A DNA stretch of 64,000 nt from Raillietiella orientalis. Its lineage: Eukaryota. Position numbers and translations under genes: made by a program. Under the pieces are notes generated by a model. It saw only the letters and a program-made list of their open reading frames with translations. It was not told where the DNA came from and did no database searches. Positions 49,341 to 63,954 of the stretch are shown one piece after another (positions within the stretch are counted from its first letter, which is position 1; each line of letters begins with the position of its first letter). Location of the stretch: assembly GCA_036172245.1 (NCBI GenBank), contig JAYWIR010000079.1, positions 124,001 through 188,000 of the forward strand, given 5' to 3'.

Positions 49341-52300
49341 GATAGAAAAGAAAGGATTTCCATCATCCTAAGCAATAGTAACCATCGTAAGGAACCACCC
49401 TTTCTTTTGAAAGAAAGTTTTCATTATTAATGATCCTAGTTGGGTCCGTTTGCTCGATCGTCCTTCTCTACGGGTCCATTCTGGTGCGGCGCCTCCTTGG
49501 ATTCTGGTGAATAACGGTCGTGCTGTTTGCAAAACCTGCTGAGAATCATAAGCAGTCATTTGAGTTCCATGGTGTCTTGAGATGCGCTCACTATAGGGTG
49601 ATCAAATACCATATTTTTTACTGTGCAATGAAAATGTTTATTTTTTTTGGCTTGTCCGTGTTATTCAGTTTTTTGTGTGATGTGCTAGTTGGTTGTATGT
49701 TGAAAAATCATCGTGTTCTTGTGTAAATCTTGTTGCTGCTTGCCGCAGCAGTGCTGACGATTTTGTTCCTAGTTGACTTGGGATGTGTAGTGAGCAAATT
49801 TATCTTTCTGAATCGCATTCCCATTATGGATTCCTTTGAAATATGTATATATATACTGTTGTTTCATTACAGCTAGTCGAAGTTTGCCATTGCAACCGAT
49901 GGACAAAACTTCTTTGCTTCCATTCGAATCGCGCTGCAGAAGACATGGAATTCGAGTGCTTTCGCTGAAAGGAAGGTTTCCGGGGAGGTCTGAATTTAAT
50001 ATTTTTACTGTGGCATGGAAACTCATTACTATCTTCTTCATTGGCGAGCTCACTCGAATAAAAATGGTCTTTCCAATCTCCAAAACAGCAGACGCCATCG
50101 TAGGATGCCATTGTGAATGAAAATGCAATTTCATTTCATTTTCCATATCGTCAGTAGCTGTTCTTGAATGAGACGTACCTTTTTGAACCCCACTCCAAGG
50201 AGGCTTCTGATTTCCCAATGCTTTATCGCATGTTGTATATTTTGAAAGCATTATACTGCATCTGTTGGCACATCTCTTATTCAGTAGCGATTAGAAATTT
50301 GCATGAAATATACTATAAGTATTCATTGCTGGTGAGAAAAAATATATTCACGCAGATGTGTTCAAGCTAGCTGAATATATAACAGCATAAGGATCAGCCT
50401 TTTGGATTACCCTTTTGTTTGTGTTTTTATTCAAGTTTGGATACAGAAATTCGCGGACAGATCTGCGTGCCCGTTTGTTTTGATCCCATATTCTCGTCAT
50501 CTGCATGCATATAATTCTCTCCAAATTTTTATCTGTTGGCTTCAGTTTCCGGTTTCACCCATGCGATCATCTCTTTCGTTTCATCTTCTAGCATCGAATT
50601 TCGATCGATAAACTGAGCATCAGGAATATGCAATATGGATACAACGCATATGCAAATGAGTCTGCAGATTTGCTTTCTCCGGTGCGAAGTGAATGGGTGG
50701 AATGAACCGTACTAATGGCTCTTGTACAATTGCTTTTCCCATATTACTTGGAGCGCTGAAGGGGAACCTCACAACCAACTTCCCCAACTCTCTAGGTATG
50801 ATTTCCTTCGATTTCTCTTTTTGCAGATGAACGGTCGGAGAAAATCGGCTAACGCTTATGGTTTTCTTTTTTGAAACATGAAGAATAATGATAATGATAA
50901 TAATAGTAAGCCTTGACTGTTATTTGAGATTCATTTTAGAGTACACGGGAATTTTTGAATTTATGTCGTAAGCTGTAATGAGCATAAAAGCGATGGGGAA
51001 TTCTGAGTTCAGTGGATTTTCCCTAAAAGGAATACAGCTCGCCTCATGACAAATACCAAGAACTTTATTAAACGTTTTTATAGCCTCATGGTCTTCAATA
51101 GCTTCATCAAAATCGTTGTTAAAAAGAATTTTGTTCTGCACATATCTTCAATAATTTACTCGTCTCCGACGCTGGCTAATAAATTGCAGCAATATAATGA
51201 ACAGCGCTTTATACTAGAGAATGCAATGTACTAAAAGAGTAGCAAGCTCCTAACATTGTGTGACATCTCCCGAGGATTACGGGATGTTGACATCTTCACA
51301 TTTCTTTTCATGGGATAAGTAATAGAAGTTCCGCACTTCCGGAATAGATGCCTCCCGGTTTTGAATTTCATAATGCTTGGGCAATGCAGATGGAATGGTT
51401 CTGCATCGAAAACCATCAGTCTGAATCTGAGTTGTTTTCTTCCTCTTCCTCTTTGTATCCTTTTATTCATTTGAAAACCGTCAACATGTTAGCGAATGTT
51501 TCTTTCAGCGAATGTCAGCGTTTCCTACAAGTTCCAAAATATGCTCGTTAGATTATGTGATCTGATATCTTCATCAGGAACATCCGTCTGTTGCAACATG
51601 TGTTGAGAATTCCTTCTTCTTAGTTATACTAAATATCGTGTAACTGAATAATTTGCATTTGAAATGGCAATTCATTATCTCTAAACGAGTGGATACAAAA
51701 AAACGACTGCTTTCCGTCTTGAGGTCTTAGCAGGCGAAAAGATACAGAAAGACAATACTACGAGGGAAGGCATGAACAAGAAAAATGAAGTATAATCAGT
51801 TCCTCACCGACGAATAGCTGGTTGAAAGAACCTCCTGCAGATGTAAGTGTTTTGTAAACGACGGATGGATGTAAGTGTATTGCTCACACGGTCCTCCACC
51901 AGGTTAAAACAAATAGTCATCGAAATGTATCATTTTTTTTTGTCAGAAATTGCTTCCTAGCATCTTGCAGCTCAAGAGTGAATGCATATCCTCCGGGATG
52001 GAGGCCACGCTTTCCTATCACTAAGTGGTTCCATTCTCACAAACTTTCTGTTCGATAACTTCTTGTGTTCTTTTTCACTTTGTTGAAAGTTGCTACTGGC
52101 TGCTGTTACAGAGGGGCACAAATGTTTAAAATTGCCACGAAGGCTCCGAAGAGCTTTTCGAAGTCAATCATTACTTTTGGTGGGACTGCCACGAGCTACG
52201 GTGGAAATGAGAGATTTCCTTTAATGGTTCTCTTCTCCTTCAGGTCTAAGGGAAGAACTCGCGTGATTCTCCGTTCCTATCCATGTGACTAAGAAAATTC

Positions 52301-55300
52301 CGAATTCAGGACATTTGCGCAAAACGGTGCAGCCATTGTCCTTCCTTACATGCGTTACGCATCGCGCATGCCTAGTGAAAAGCGCAGGACGGCATCTTTT
52401 TCATAAGGGTTGATAAGTTATTAGAGCTCGCTGAGGTTCTTGCACGTCTTGCAAAATGTAGAGGGAGAAGACTCATCGAGCCTCAAAATTCTCTTCGAAT
52501 CGACCTGGTCAAAAGTGCAGCAGTAAAAACTGCAGTCAGTTTTGCTGAAAATTTCTTCTGAGCATGGATTTCCAAAGAAACGGATACCCTCTTGCGAAGG
52601 TAGCATTCAGGTAATATTCACTGCATCTGGCTATGCCGATTACCACCGACAGAAGGATCGTGGAGTATTCTCGGGATCGAGATCAGATCTTTCTTCTGCA
52701 AAACCTTTGCGAGTGCCTTACATCACTTGCTTGGTTACATCTCCGACCGACATTCGATCGGTGGAGATAAACAGAAGAGACGCTTCGAGTTTCGGTGACA
52801 GGGATACGCGCCACGTGACAGAAGATTTGAAGTTGTTTGAACAAAAACTGCTTGTCGTAAAAATAAGGAATCTTCAGTCACTGAGGGAGTGGTCCAGGGA
52901 TGACAACAACAAACACGACAGAGTGGGTACTTTAAAAACACCTTCATTTGAAGCAATCGGAACCCACAAATGCACGATCGATTCCCAGTTATTCTGATGA
53001 ATGATTTCACTGCAAAAAAGCGAAGGCTCTCAATCTGTTAAGCGACTGAACGATCTTGAGAATGATCGTGAGGATTTCAGCATGAAAAGATGCAGAAAAC
53101 AAAGGGTCGACCGGGCTATCCCTTCGAAAGTATGCATCAAGAAGATTTCGAGTGGAGAACCCTATAGGACACACGGGAAAACCATTTGCACTGACTGTTT
53201 TCACGAAAAGCTGTTTCTCAGGGCGTTTGCTTGGCTGTTGCCGATGGCAATGCGATGCGAGTTCTTCGATTCGATGACTGCGACTTGGAGAAAAAGCCGC
53301 AGCAGCATAATAAGCGGAGTTCGAAGCTGCGTGAAGGCAAAACATCTGGGTTAGAGAATAAGCAGAAACACCGTTGGAGACGGATTCTTCCAAGAGATGT
53401 GTTCCTGCAATTGCCAAAACAGAACCATCATGAATTCGGCACAAGTGTGCATTGCGTAAGGTCATTTCCATGATTTGGTCCATCCTACGTCACTAAAAAT
53501 TTTATTTTCGTCAATTCCACAAGTGATGCCAATGTGAAAGGAAGAAGGTAGGTGTTTCTATTAGAAATCAAAGAGCGTGGCGGTTGCTACGAAAGTGACT
53601 GTCCTGTGGAATTTCGCTCTTCCAGCGGCCCTGAATTCTTGCAGAATCAGATTGCGTACTCAAAAGCCTTCCCTATTTCCGCCACATGCTACTCCGATGT
53701 CCTAAAACTAATCTCCCAAACTTCTTGTGCATCGAATTCAACTGTGCTCCTATTCTGAGATATCTGCATCTTGTTCTTTTCCCTTCAGTGATGCATCCTC
53801 AACTTTCACACTTGTCGAATCACAAATTCCCTGAAAGTTCCCGAATGCAATGACTCTGCTGCAGAAGTGAAGCTTTCCATTTCATCACCCCTCCTCATGT
53901 ACACCAACCAAGTGGTTTCCCGGTTCCTCCCCTCACACTTTTCACGACGCCGAAGGGAAAGTTGCGTTCCATTCGCTGAAATTACGTTTTATTGGATGGG
54001 ATGCATTTTTTTTTTTCTTCCTCTACTGATCTTGAGTTAGACAATCAAAATCCTGAAGGACTGAACGGATGAAATCTTCCGCGTTTAGTTTTCCATAGAA
54101 TCGATACGGTTTGGTCAGAGTCAGATGAGAAAGCAAAGGAGCAATGGAACAAACCCCCTCAATGCAAATCCGCTGGAGCATTTCAGAGTGAGAGTGTGAG
54201 CATCCCTTCATTCTGCCGTGAAGGAGCGAAACCGGAAACACCAAAAACGCAAATTCAAGAGAAAATGCAAAGACAAGAGAAGAGATCTAAACCAAAAACT
54301 CAGGCTCGCACTTCCACTCCAACTCCTGATGTTTTCTGTACGCCCCTCACATTTCTGTATCAGTTATGAAAACACAGTGGGGTTTCCTGAGTTTGTTGAG
54401 GAAAAATGGTCCGATGTGATGGAGTGATGGGTCTGATGAAATGAACGAAGCAGATTAACCACGTAAAGGAAATAAATGGTAAACTACCCATTCTCGTTTG
54501 CTAATAAATTACCCATGTAAGAGATAACAAAAGATGGATGAAGAGGATGCTAACCTCAGCAGAGCTGGATGCCGACTTGTTTGATCTGGTTCAACTGCGA
54601 AATGCCAGCTTTCGGATGAAATAAATGACCTTGGGCTTCTCGCCCATTCTGCTTTCGTTTACGAGTGTAGCGCAGACATGCACCAAGGCGAATCGCTGCA
54701 TCTGGTAAAACGCCTTGGAAACGCCTTTCCCGAGGAGGACGAAAGCCGTATTTTTCACTTTATAAGCTTTTCCTTCTGTTCCCGCAGATCGACGCAATGA
54801 GCACAGTTTGGGAGACGCGAGCGCAGGTAAAAGCACTCTCTTGTGATGAAATGTGCTCCAAAGAAAAAAGCGTATTATTGCTTCTACTTGTATTCCTCTG
54901 GCAGGTCGCATGTAGCCATGGTAACAAGGAGATAGTTCCTGGTAAGTTTTTTGACTGACGTATCTCAAATCGGAGGGCAGTTCGAGCTCATAGGTACGCG
55001 TAGAAAATCGCTTGCCAGTTTCCGTATGATCTTGTGAGATTGTCAATGTAAGCAAAGATCATTCGTACAGGTGTTCCTGGTTATCTTTGAAATCGTGACA
55101 GGCATTCAAATCTAAGTACAATATGGAAAACACTAGTTAAAAAACGTATACCTCTTCAAAATCAAATATCCCCTAGCCGCGAGAGGTGTCTTCATTTGTG
55201 CCCCGGAGACAAGTTTGCTCTCATGGTTTCAATCAGTTCTTTGGTACTCTAAAGAAATCCTACCCAGATTGCTTTCCTAATTTCATCAGCAACATGATTT

Positions 55301-58300
55301 TACACATATGCTGTTTTGTTTGGAACAAGTCACTTTTAGGAAGCTTGAAGAGAGATCTCTGATTCTGCACATCTGGGCCTATTTCCTGCGTATGCGAACA
55401 GCTGAGTTCCAGATCCTCAGCAAAGATCGCTAGCAGCTGGAGACCAGTGGCCTCGTTATCATCGGGGCAGGTCATCTGATGTGTTGAAAAAATCCTGATG
55501 ATGTTTGCGTGCGTTGAGATTGCTGTGTGGGTAGCAAAACAAAGGAAGTTCAAAAAAGCACCAAAAGAAAGGTTGTGGTCTTGAAGTTTGAGAACAGCCA
55601 TTTTTTTTCGTGGTCACTCCAGAAACGAATTGGGGATTTTATAATTGAGAGTACGTAGGCATAGTTTTGGCTGGTACTTTACCAAGCAACTGCTTTGAGC
55701 CTTCGAGAGCAGCTAGCGCTTGTTTAAAAAAATTCAGTTAAAGGAAAACTTGTGAAATCGAAGATGAGCCATTCTCCAGGACCAGGACTCTGCGATCCGA
55801 GGCGTGCTGCTTACAAGTCCTCAGCTCGCGTAGTTTGCACGCCAACCAAAGGTGCACTGCGTTATTTCCAGCAAGGGCGCCAAGATGACAACAGAAACTT
55901 CATCGTTTGCCGGGATAGCGTTCAGGGAGTTCCTTAACGACCTCATGTTCCCTAAAAGTGCACGAATGGTTCGGACGTAGTGGGAAGAATCCGATTATTG
56001 CTTTTTTGCGTGCGTTTTCAGAATTACAAATGAATTACAAATGAATCTTCGAGTGGGAAGCCAGCTGCCTCGATTTTAGTCTGGTTGATGCTCAAATTCT
56101 AATTAAAAGGTTTTTCCCATGATACAATGCCTGTTCCATACCAGGTCATCCTTGAGCCGTTTCACTGTCCTCGAATCAATTTAGTAGCCAAAATCATCAC
56201 GACGAACATCACAGATGTTAGGGTATCGTAGTTGATCCTCGCACACGGAAAACGTGTATTTTCAGTATCTTAAAAGGTGTATTTCAGTCATGATTGTTTT
56301 GGCGGATTCCAGCCGCATCCTTTTCAATTTGTTGAGTTTGAAAAATATGATCGGCCATTTCTCTTTGATTTTCTTTCAGTCTCTTAAGCAAAGGATAGCA
56401 TATAAAAAATGAATCATGATGAACCTTTGGGAGCGAGACATCTCTGATATTGAACTACTCTAATTTCCACCCTCATGTATTCGAAGTCCAGTTTCTCATA
56501 AAGTAGCTGGAGCATATGTGCTTACATGTTTGTGTGCACTGAAGGCTGGGAAGAGACAACTGGATGCTCCGAATGCTGCCACCTCGTTGTACTTTCGGAG
56601 TCTGATAGAAGCTCCTAATTGAAATTCATGCGGCGACAGACTGAAGGAATGCACGATATCTCCGAAACATTGACTCATCTTCTTTCTAGGGAGCAAAGTT
56701 AAAGCACTTTCGATGGGCCAGTGAAGTTATCGAGAGACACTGAAAGGCAGTTTGGTATTCTCCTTGAAACCAATCTTGCAAGAGCGTCCACTTCAAGTAC
56801 AGCCTGAAGGCCGATTTCTTGATACAAAGTTTCAACGACCACAATGTGAACCAGAATTACGCAGAAGTCTCTCGGGTAATGTAACAACGCAACACTGGTA
56901 ACGATCAGCGCCGATCCTATTGCCAGCATGCTCCAGAAGATCAGCAATTACAGAGAAAGAACCGGCTTCTGTATTTCTGTTTCCTTCGAGATTAGAATTA
57001 ATAATATCCACATCATGTAAAGGAAAGTTGGTTTGGAAATCCTCTAGCAAAGCTTGCGGGTTTCCTAAGAAAGATCTTCATCTTTGCCAAAGAAGAAATG
57101 ATACTGCTTGCCTGACCTTCAGCAAAACAAAGCGATCTGCATGCGAGAATATGATGTTGGAAAAAATACTATGGGTGGTGGACGCAGAACCGTCTTCGCG
57201 CTTAGGCGAGATGCACGTACGTTTGGAGAAAGCTCGTGGTCCCTGGAGCAGTCAGCCTCTCCAAAAGAAGAAGCAGTTCCTAAGTATGTGGAACCTGAAT
57301 TGGAAATAATAGACGCAGCCCAGATGGAATTTCCGAGCTATTTTTCTAGTTTATCTGGTACCAGCCAACTTGTCCCAGGAAACTGAAGAAAATGAACTGT
57401 AACGGTTGCATTGGAGGGAAAATGATCATCTGGGTCACTGCTGGGTCTAGAGGACACATTAAAACATACAGAAATAAACATAGCAGCCAATGTATCTTTT
57501 AATTTCGGAATCTTCCAAACAGAGAGCCACCAACGAAGCGATGGTGATGGTGATGCAGAGAGCCTTAATTTGCCAGAGTCGCGTGCCATTCATCCGGACG
57601 ATCTTTCGTGCGTTGCCCAAAAGTAAGATGTTTGTTTCCTTATAGAAAGGCAAGCATATAAGTCTATAAATAAAAAACCCTTTCTTGTCAGATGTCATGA
57701 TCCAACACTCCTCTTTCAGGTTAACTGAATCGGTTGCATCAGCTGTGGAAACTTGGTTTGCAGATATGTGCAGCAATGTACGTAAGCTGGACCCCCAAAA
57801 AGGTGGACCTACGGAAGACTTACTGGAACTTTTCCAGTTCACAAGAGAAAAGCTGGATTACTTATCTGGAAGTTTCGTGAAAAACCCCCATGACCAACCA
57901 AGTCTTATCCAAGCCATCCAAAAGTACGATGGCAAGTGTTTTCTTTCATTTTTTTTTGAAAATGTAATGTCAGGTGTCCTTTACATGATGTTGAGAGTCT
58001 GTTAGGGAAGCTGATTCTCAGTCAAGATGCATTATCAATAGTGTTAGCTGAGAGATGAAAGACTATTAGCAACGCTCACCAGATAATTGGATCGTAAAAG
58101 AGGATTGGAAGCAAAGGCCACTGCTTCTTCTGCGCTCGTGAATTCTTGCGTGTTCCTTGGAAGGAAATGCTGCGATACACAATTCGGCATTCAGTCTTCC
58201 GCCATCGACTTTCGGTAGGAAAGTAAGAAGGTCGAATGTAGTTTCGAACGGAAGAAAACCGGGTTCTCTGCAGCGCTCTCCAGCATTCGATTCTGCTGCT

Positions 58301-59544
58301 CGCAACAGGGAGAATAACGATTGCATTATTCCAGCTCTTTCCTTGAATTCTAATCTCTTTGCGGGTCTAGTCGCGATGAAGACTGGGGGCTGGAAGAAGA
58401 CAGGTACAGACGACGATTCAGAGAAGGGATGTCAACAAAATTGAGTGCGGCTGCACAGGATGATGAGCGGTCTTCGGGCGAAGAATGCCCTCGGCGATGC
58501 TGGAAAACATCTCCGTTTTCCAGTAGATGAGGAGGAAAAAAATCGGACAGCCTAAAATCCATAGCAAGTTGCTTTCCAAGACCTTTCCAAATCCCAGGAT
58601 ATTCCAATCGATTCGAGGGAAACTTTTGTGTTCGCAGCGAAAGTTCAAATTCTTCTGAATTTCAACTGGAATTTCGTTTCGCCTTCTAGCGAGCGGTAGT
58701 TTTTATCGATAGTCCATCCGCTAGCAAGTTGCGTGCTCATTTTCCTTATTCCACGAGGAAGGATTCGAATTCAAATACAAAAGCAAGACACCACCCCACT
58801 TCGTTCCTTCCCTTCTGCAGGAACCAAACGAGAGCTCTTCGAAAGTACTCTTAGTGGCTTCGGGTTTTGCATTTTCCCTTCTATTCCAGAAACATGCATC
58901 TTGCATTCCGAGAAATTCAAGTTGCTCTTTTTCTCGAAGAGGTTCTCACCGTCTCGAGCCATGCGGAGCACGTGGCCGTTGCACCGTAGTGAACTTTTGC
59001 TCGACTTCCGGGATGACAATTTCCAAAGCATGCTTCCCTGAAAGCGTATTCCATCACCTGTTATTCGATTTCTTCGCATCGGTCGATCCTCCTCCCATGC
59101 TGCTCTCTACCATCCATTGATTATTAACCCTTTCATGAAGATGCCGGAACAAAAATTGCGAGCGTGGACCGTAAGAGAATTCCCCCCGCAGGACGAGCTG
59201 AATTCCCGAAGCGAGCATGCACGGGTTGCTGTTCCAATTTTCACACGCAGCCGCCGCTCTTTCGTGCTCTTTTCTGCGTGCTAACCAACGCAACGCAACG
59301 TTTCCCAACACTCAACGTAAAGCCTGAAACATCAAGAAGTCACTTCACAGATATCTGAATGCGTGAAGCTTTTCGGACAGAACAGAGAAACATTCGTCAA
59401 AGTCATGATAGATATTTTCATTCCTTTCCATCCATTGTCTTGTATTCTCCGTGTGCCACTGAGGCTGCCACGGCGGTCGAGCGCACGTTGCACATGCTAC
59501 GAAATCAATCCGGATCACAAAGGCACCTTAACCTCTCTTTTAGA

Positions 59545-59964
59545 ATGTCTTTTGATGCCCACATCTACTTGCAAACAACGTATAGGGAAGTCACGAAGCT
59601 CCTCATTCATGGATGGTATTCCACCGAGCAAATACGGCTGTGGTCATCTTACGTGGAATCCAAGAACAGGCATCTCGCAAACGTGATAAGCGACCTGGAA
59701 ACGAAAATAGAGCAGTGGCATCTCTCCTGTCAGGACGTCCGAACTCAATCCACCACGGCGTTTGCTTTCGAGCTGTCTCCGGAAACCACGTACTACACAA
59801 AGCAGACGGACTTACCATCAGAAGAGGACTTCCCTGAGCAAGAATCGCTCCAGGAATACCTAGGATATCATCGTCACCGCTACGCAAAATACCGCAAAAC
59901 AGACAAGTTCTACAGGGTATACGGGATAGACGGACATCCTGACTTCCTGACGGTGTATCGGTGA
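59545..59964 (+). CDS. Orphan ORF/exon (139 aa), right-arm copy
   Basis: Same translation as 46694-47113; same upstream acceptor. Confidence 0.45.
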   Translation: MSFDAHIYLQTTYREVTKLLIHGWYSTEQIRLWSSYVESKNRHLANVISDLETKIEQWHLSCQDVRTQSTTAFAFELSPETTYYTKQTDLPSEEDFPEQESLQEYLGYHRHRYAKYRKTDKFYRVYGIDGHPDFLTVYR

Positions 59965-62900
59965 CAGATCACGGAAAAGAGGAGGGAAGCCACCGGATGT
60001 CCGCCTTTCGAAGCGACCGTGGCTTCTCAAGTGACGCGAATCCGCCGCACGAATGCGGGACAGGTGGACAGAAAGGGCGAACCCAGACAATAAATCGAAT
60101 GCCCCCTTTCCGGGGTTTCCCGCCGTGCAGCGGGTTCGATGCGAATCTCTTGGCTGCGAATGGTGTTTCAGCGAGGCACGAACCATCCGGAGACCGCAGT
60201 TGTCCTCATCTGTGCGTCGCCTCTCTCAAACGCCTTGCCGGGCGCCGCCTCAGCCGCGGCGGCCGGGGCATCTTCCGGACGCCGCATGAAATTTCTCCCC
60301 CGTTCGCAGCGAGCCGTCTGTTCAACCAGTCGAGGCTTCGGGTCCCAGCCGGAGGCAAAAGAAGTTCCGGAGGACCGGCACGCAAGTCGCGACATCACCT
60401 AGAAGCTGGGAACGGAAGGGAGGCAGGACAACTAACGAATCACGAGGCCAGCACAACGGAGTAGTCGCGTCTCTTCCGGAAAAGAAAAGGGTCGGAACAA
60501 GTCTGCAGCGGGTGGAAGATGACAAAACCGAAGTGTCCTTCAAGAAAAAAGGAAATGGAAAAAAGGAGAGTGCGGGGCCAGGGATCGCCGGTGTCGGCCG
60601 TTCCTTCTCTGCGGAGTCGGTGCTGGATGCCGCGATTGTCTCCTTCTTCCAGATGAAGGCACGTAGCAACCGTCCTCACGTAGGCGCCATCCACGCAAGT
60701 GACCTCCCTTCGCTGCGCCTGAGGGTCTGCGAGGCATGTCAGGTGGTGGCGCTGGCAACGCAGCGCCTGTCACGGGCGATCCTCGCCTGACGCGACGGTC
60801 TGCGGATGTGACCTCCTCCCGGAGACCAGGTGCCAGCGCTGGACTGCCCGACGCAGAAATGGCAGCACGCTGCGCTCCTGCTGAGGGAAAGCCGGCGGTT
60901 CTCCATCGCGAGGGAGCGACCACGCGCTCGCCGGGATGCAAGCGCAACAGCTTTCTACCGACAAGGTGGCGCTCGCCATGCCACGCAGACTGCGCATAAG
61001 GCCGTCCGCCAACCGGCACGTCAAGGAGTATCGTCTCTCCTGCAGCGTGTAAGAAAACTTCCCCTCCCCGCATCGTTCCCTCCTCCCCGAGGACAGCAGG
61101 CGCTGCCGCGGCAGCGGGTGCGCTCGAATCATCTGCCGAGTCTCGCAAAACTTCTTCCAAAGGACGGCTGAGGAAAAGCAGCAAGGCACGAACGTCCTTC
61201 GAGTGCATTCCCTGGCTTGCAGCCCAGGAGTGTGCTGGCGTCAGCCATTTCCGTTCTCCGGGCGGTAGGGGACCCACGAAAGACCTTCCAGGAGGAACGC
61301 AGACGGACCGCACGCTTCCCTTCTGGGACGATGTGAACATTTGGCGAAGGAAGCCAAATCTTCGCGTACTGCAAGAAAAGCGCGGCAGCGGCGACGAGAG
61401 TCTTTCGGTGCCGGCGCAGCGCCGAAGGATGAGACCGAAGACGAGCACCCTTGCACGTCTCCTGCTATCCCTCTTCGTCGGTCGGTGCGAGACGCCGTGC
61501 CCGCCATCCTGAGCGGCATTTCTACGCTCGCGCGTCCTTGGCCGGGACGATCCGATCCGGAGACCGCGAAGAGTTTGGAGGATGCGGACCGCGGCCGGCG
61601 AACGGTCACGCGGATCTTCCTTGTGCCGGGCAAGCGGACCGCCGCTATCCGGAAGCGCCCCCCCTCCTTCCGAGCTCGCGTCGACAGCCGTGGAAAACGC
61701 CCGGTTCGAGCCTTCCACGCGGCTTTCGAGAGGGACGAGCGGCGGCGCCAAGCATCCGGACCATTTCGGGAAGAGCCGAACGATGCACGCGCGTCGCAGA
61801 ATGGGCGACGTCGACGGCGAAGCAAGAGAGCGTGGTGCGAACCCGGGAAGGCGGCAGATAACGTGGCAGTCGCGCGGCAGGGTAGCCGCCGGACGGACGG
61901 TGCGAAGCGAAGTCGGTTCCGTTGCCTGTGCCGGGAGAGCTCAAGTAGGGGAGGGTCCTTTCCGGACACGCAGGGCGCGTGCCTCAGGACGACCGGTAGC
62001 GCGACACGTGGTTCCGGAAGGGCGGCGCGCCCGGGCCACGCGTGCGGCGAAGGCTTGAGGTGGTAAAGGTGGGACGCATAGAGCGAGGCCGGTGCGACGG
62101 GCGCAGCGTCGTCTCCCGTCGCTCGCTCGACGGCGGAGTGCCGCTACCGGAAGGGTGGAGCAGCTCCGGGGGGATCCGCGTCTGCTTCGACACGGGGGTA
62201 CAGGGAGATGTCCTGGGAATGCGCGGGAGGACCGTCGGGGTGCGCGTTCGGTGGAGCCGCCACGCCGACGCATTCCCGGAAACGCCACTCCCGAGCTCCA
62301 GCTATCGAGGATCAGGAGGGAGGAAGAAGAACGGATGTGGAGGCAGCGGCCGCACTCTCGCGGTCGGAATCCCAAGGCGCTGACCGGATAGCTCATCGCA
62401 TGCAGCGCTTGCGAAGTCGTGGGAGAGCAGCAAGCACCGGGACGACTCCATGCGAGGGAGGAAGGGCGCTGGGGAGGCCGGAGCAGAAGGAAAAGAAAAA
62501 GAAGACGGACGCGGTCGTCCGATGCTCGGATGCAGCGCCGCCTGAAGGAACGGTGTGACCCGCCATCCTCCTCTGTGGGAAGCTCGGAAGCTGCTAATGC
62601 GGCTTGCGACAGGACGCGTCTGCGTAACTGGCTGTGGCGCGTGCGCGCGCTCTGGGGGCGGGTGGGAAGAGGAGATGGAGGGATGGGCAGAAAGAGGGTC
62701 GAGAAGAAAACGAGAGACGGCCGGAAGTTTCCCTGAAGCGCAGAGCAGTGATCGTGTGATGTGAGAAAAAAGAAGCGGGCGGCGCCTGATGGCCGCCCAG
62801 AGGATGGAAATGCGCGACGCGCGCACCCGGATGGAGGACGAGGACGAGGATGGGGAACAAGGGAAAGGGAAGCCGCGAAAAACGGGAAGGGAGGGGAGAG

Positions 62901-63097
62901 GGGAAGGGAAGGTCACCACCATCCCACCCCGTAACGGGACCGCTCGACGGCGCCGACAAGAAGCGGGCCGCGGGTGCGCTGGACGGCCGGCGGCCTCGTA
63001 TCCATGGAAACCGCGGGAGGCTTTTCCGTGGAAAAGTCTAGGCCGTCCGAGAGGCCTCTTCCCTCGGCCCACCTCTCGTCTTGCCGCGGCCGGCGGG

Positions 63098-63954
63098 ATG
63101 CCCACCTTCCCGAGGCCACGTTCGACCCGGGCGCGATCACGCGGATCCGCGTGCGCCCGCGGGGACGGTGCGGAGGACTTCCTCGCAGTGCCTGGTGGAC
63201 GTCACCATGGTGCTGCTGTCGCTGTCCTCGTCGCCTCCTATCTCGTCTGGAAGGTGCCTCCATCAGAAAGCGGCCTCTGAGAGGGTGAGTGTGCTCCCCC
63301 TTCCCCTTCCTGTGCCCCCCTTCGGTCCGGGGGTGCGTGCGAGAGCTTCCGCTCGCACCCTACTTGCGGCGGGCTGTCCCGGTCCCGGACAAGACGTCCG
63401 GTTGACCTTACCTGCCTTTGGCGGTCGCCTTTTTCCGCTTTTGCCGGGATGCCAAGCTCCGTTCGGGTGGAACGCGCGAGCGCTGCCCGCCTGCCGACCT
63501 GCGACGTCGGCCCTCCGGCCGCGTTGCTGCCGTCCCGGTCGTCCACGAGCTTCGAGGGGTCGACGCCCCTCGTGGGCCACCAGTTCTTGCTGGCTGGCGG
63601 CACCCTCTCTCGGACGTTCGCTGCAGGCGCGGCGCACGACAGGTCATGCGGAGCCGCCCCGAGCGACGGACTGCGTGAAAGATTGGCGATTGAAGGACGG
63701 AGGTGGGCGACAGCCGCGCTCACGCGTCCGCTGCCACCGCCACCAATCCGTCCCGCGGAAGGACACGATGGAGGCTTCCCAGCCCTCGTTCCTGGCCACA
63801 TGCGTTCCACCGATCCCGCCCTTGCTTTCAGGCTCATCCGAGCGACGACGGGTGGGAGGACCCTCGTGCGGAGGCTTCCCCCGGAGTCGACGGCTGCGGC
63901 GACGGCTGTTCCAGGGAGCGGGCCTCCTGCTCCGGAGCTGTAGCCCGAACCTGA
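63098..63954 (+). pseudogene. Right-arm copy of the putative small membrane-protein gene, interrupted by indels (possibly sequencing errors)
   Basis: Same ATG, splice signals and stop as the left arm, but small deletions shift the frame in exon 1. Confidence 0.25.
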
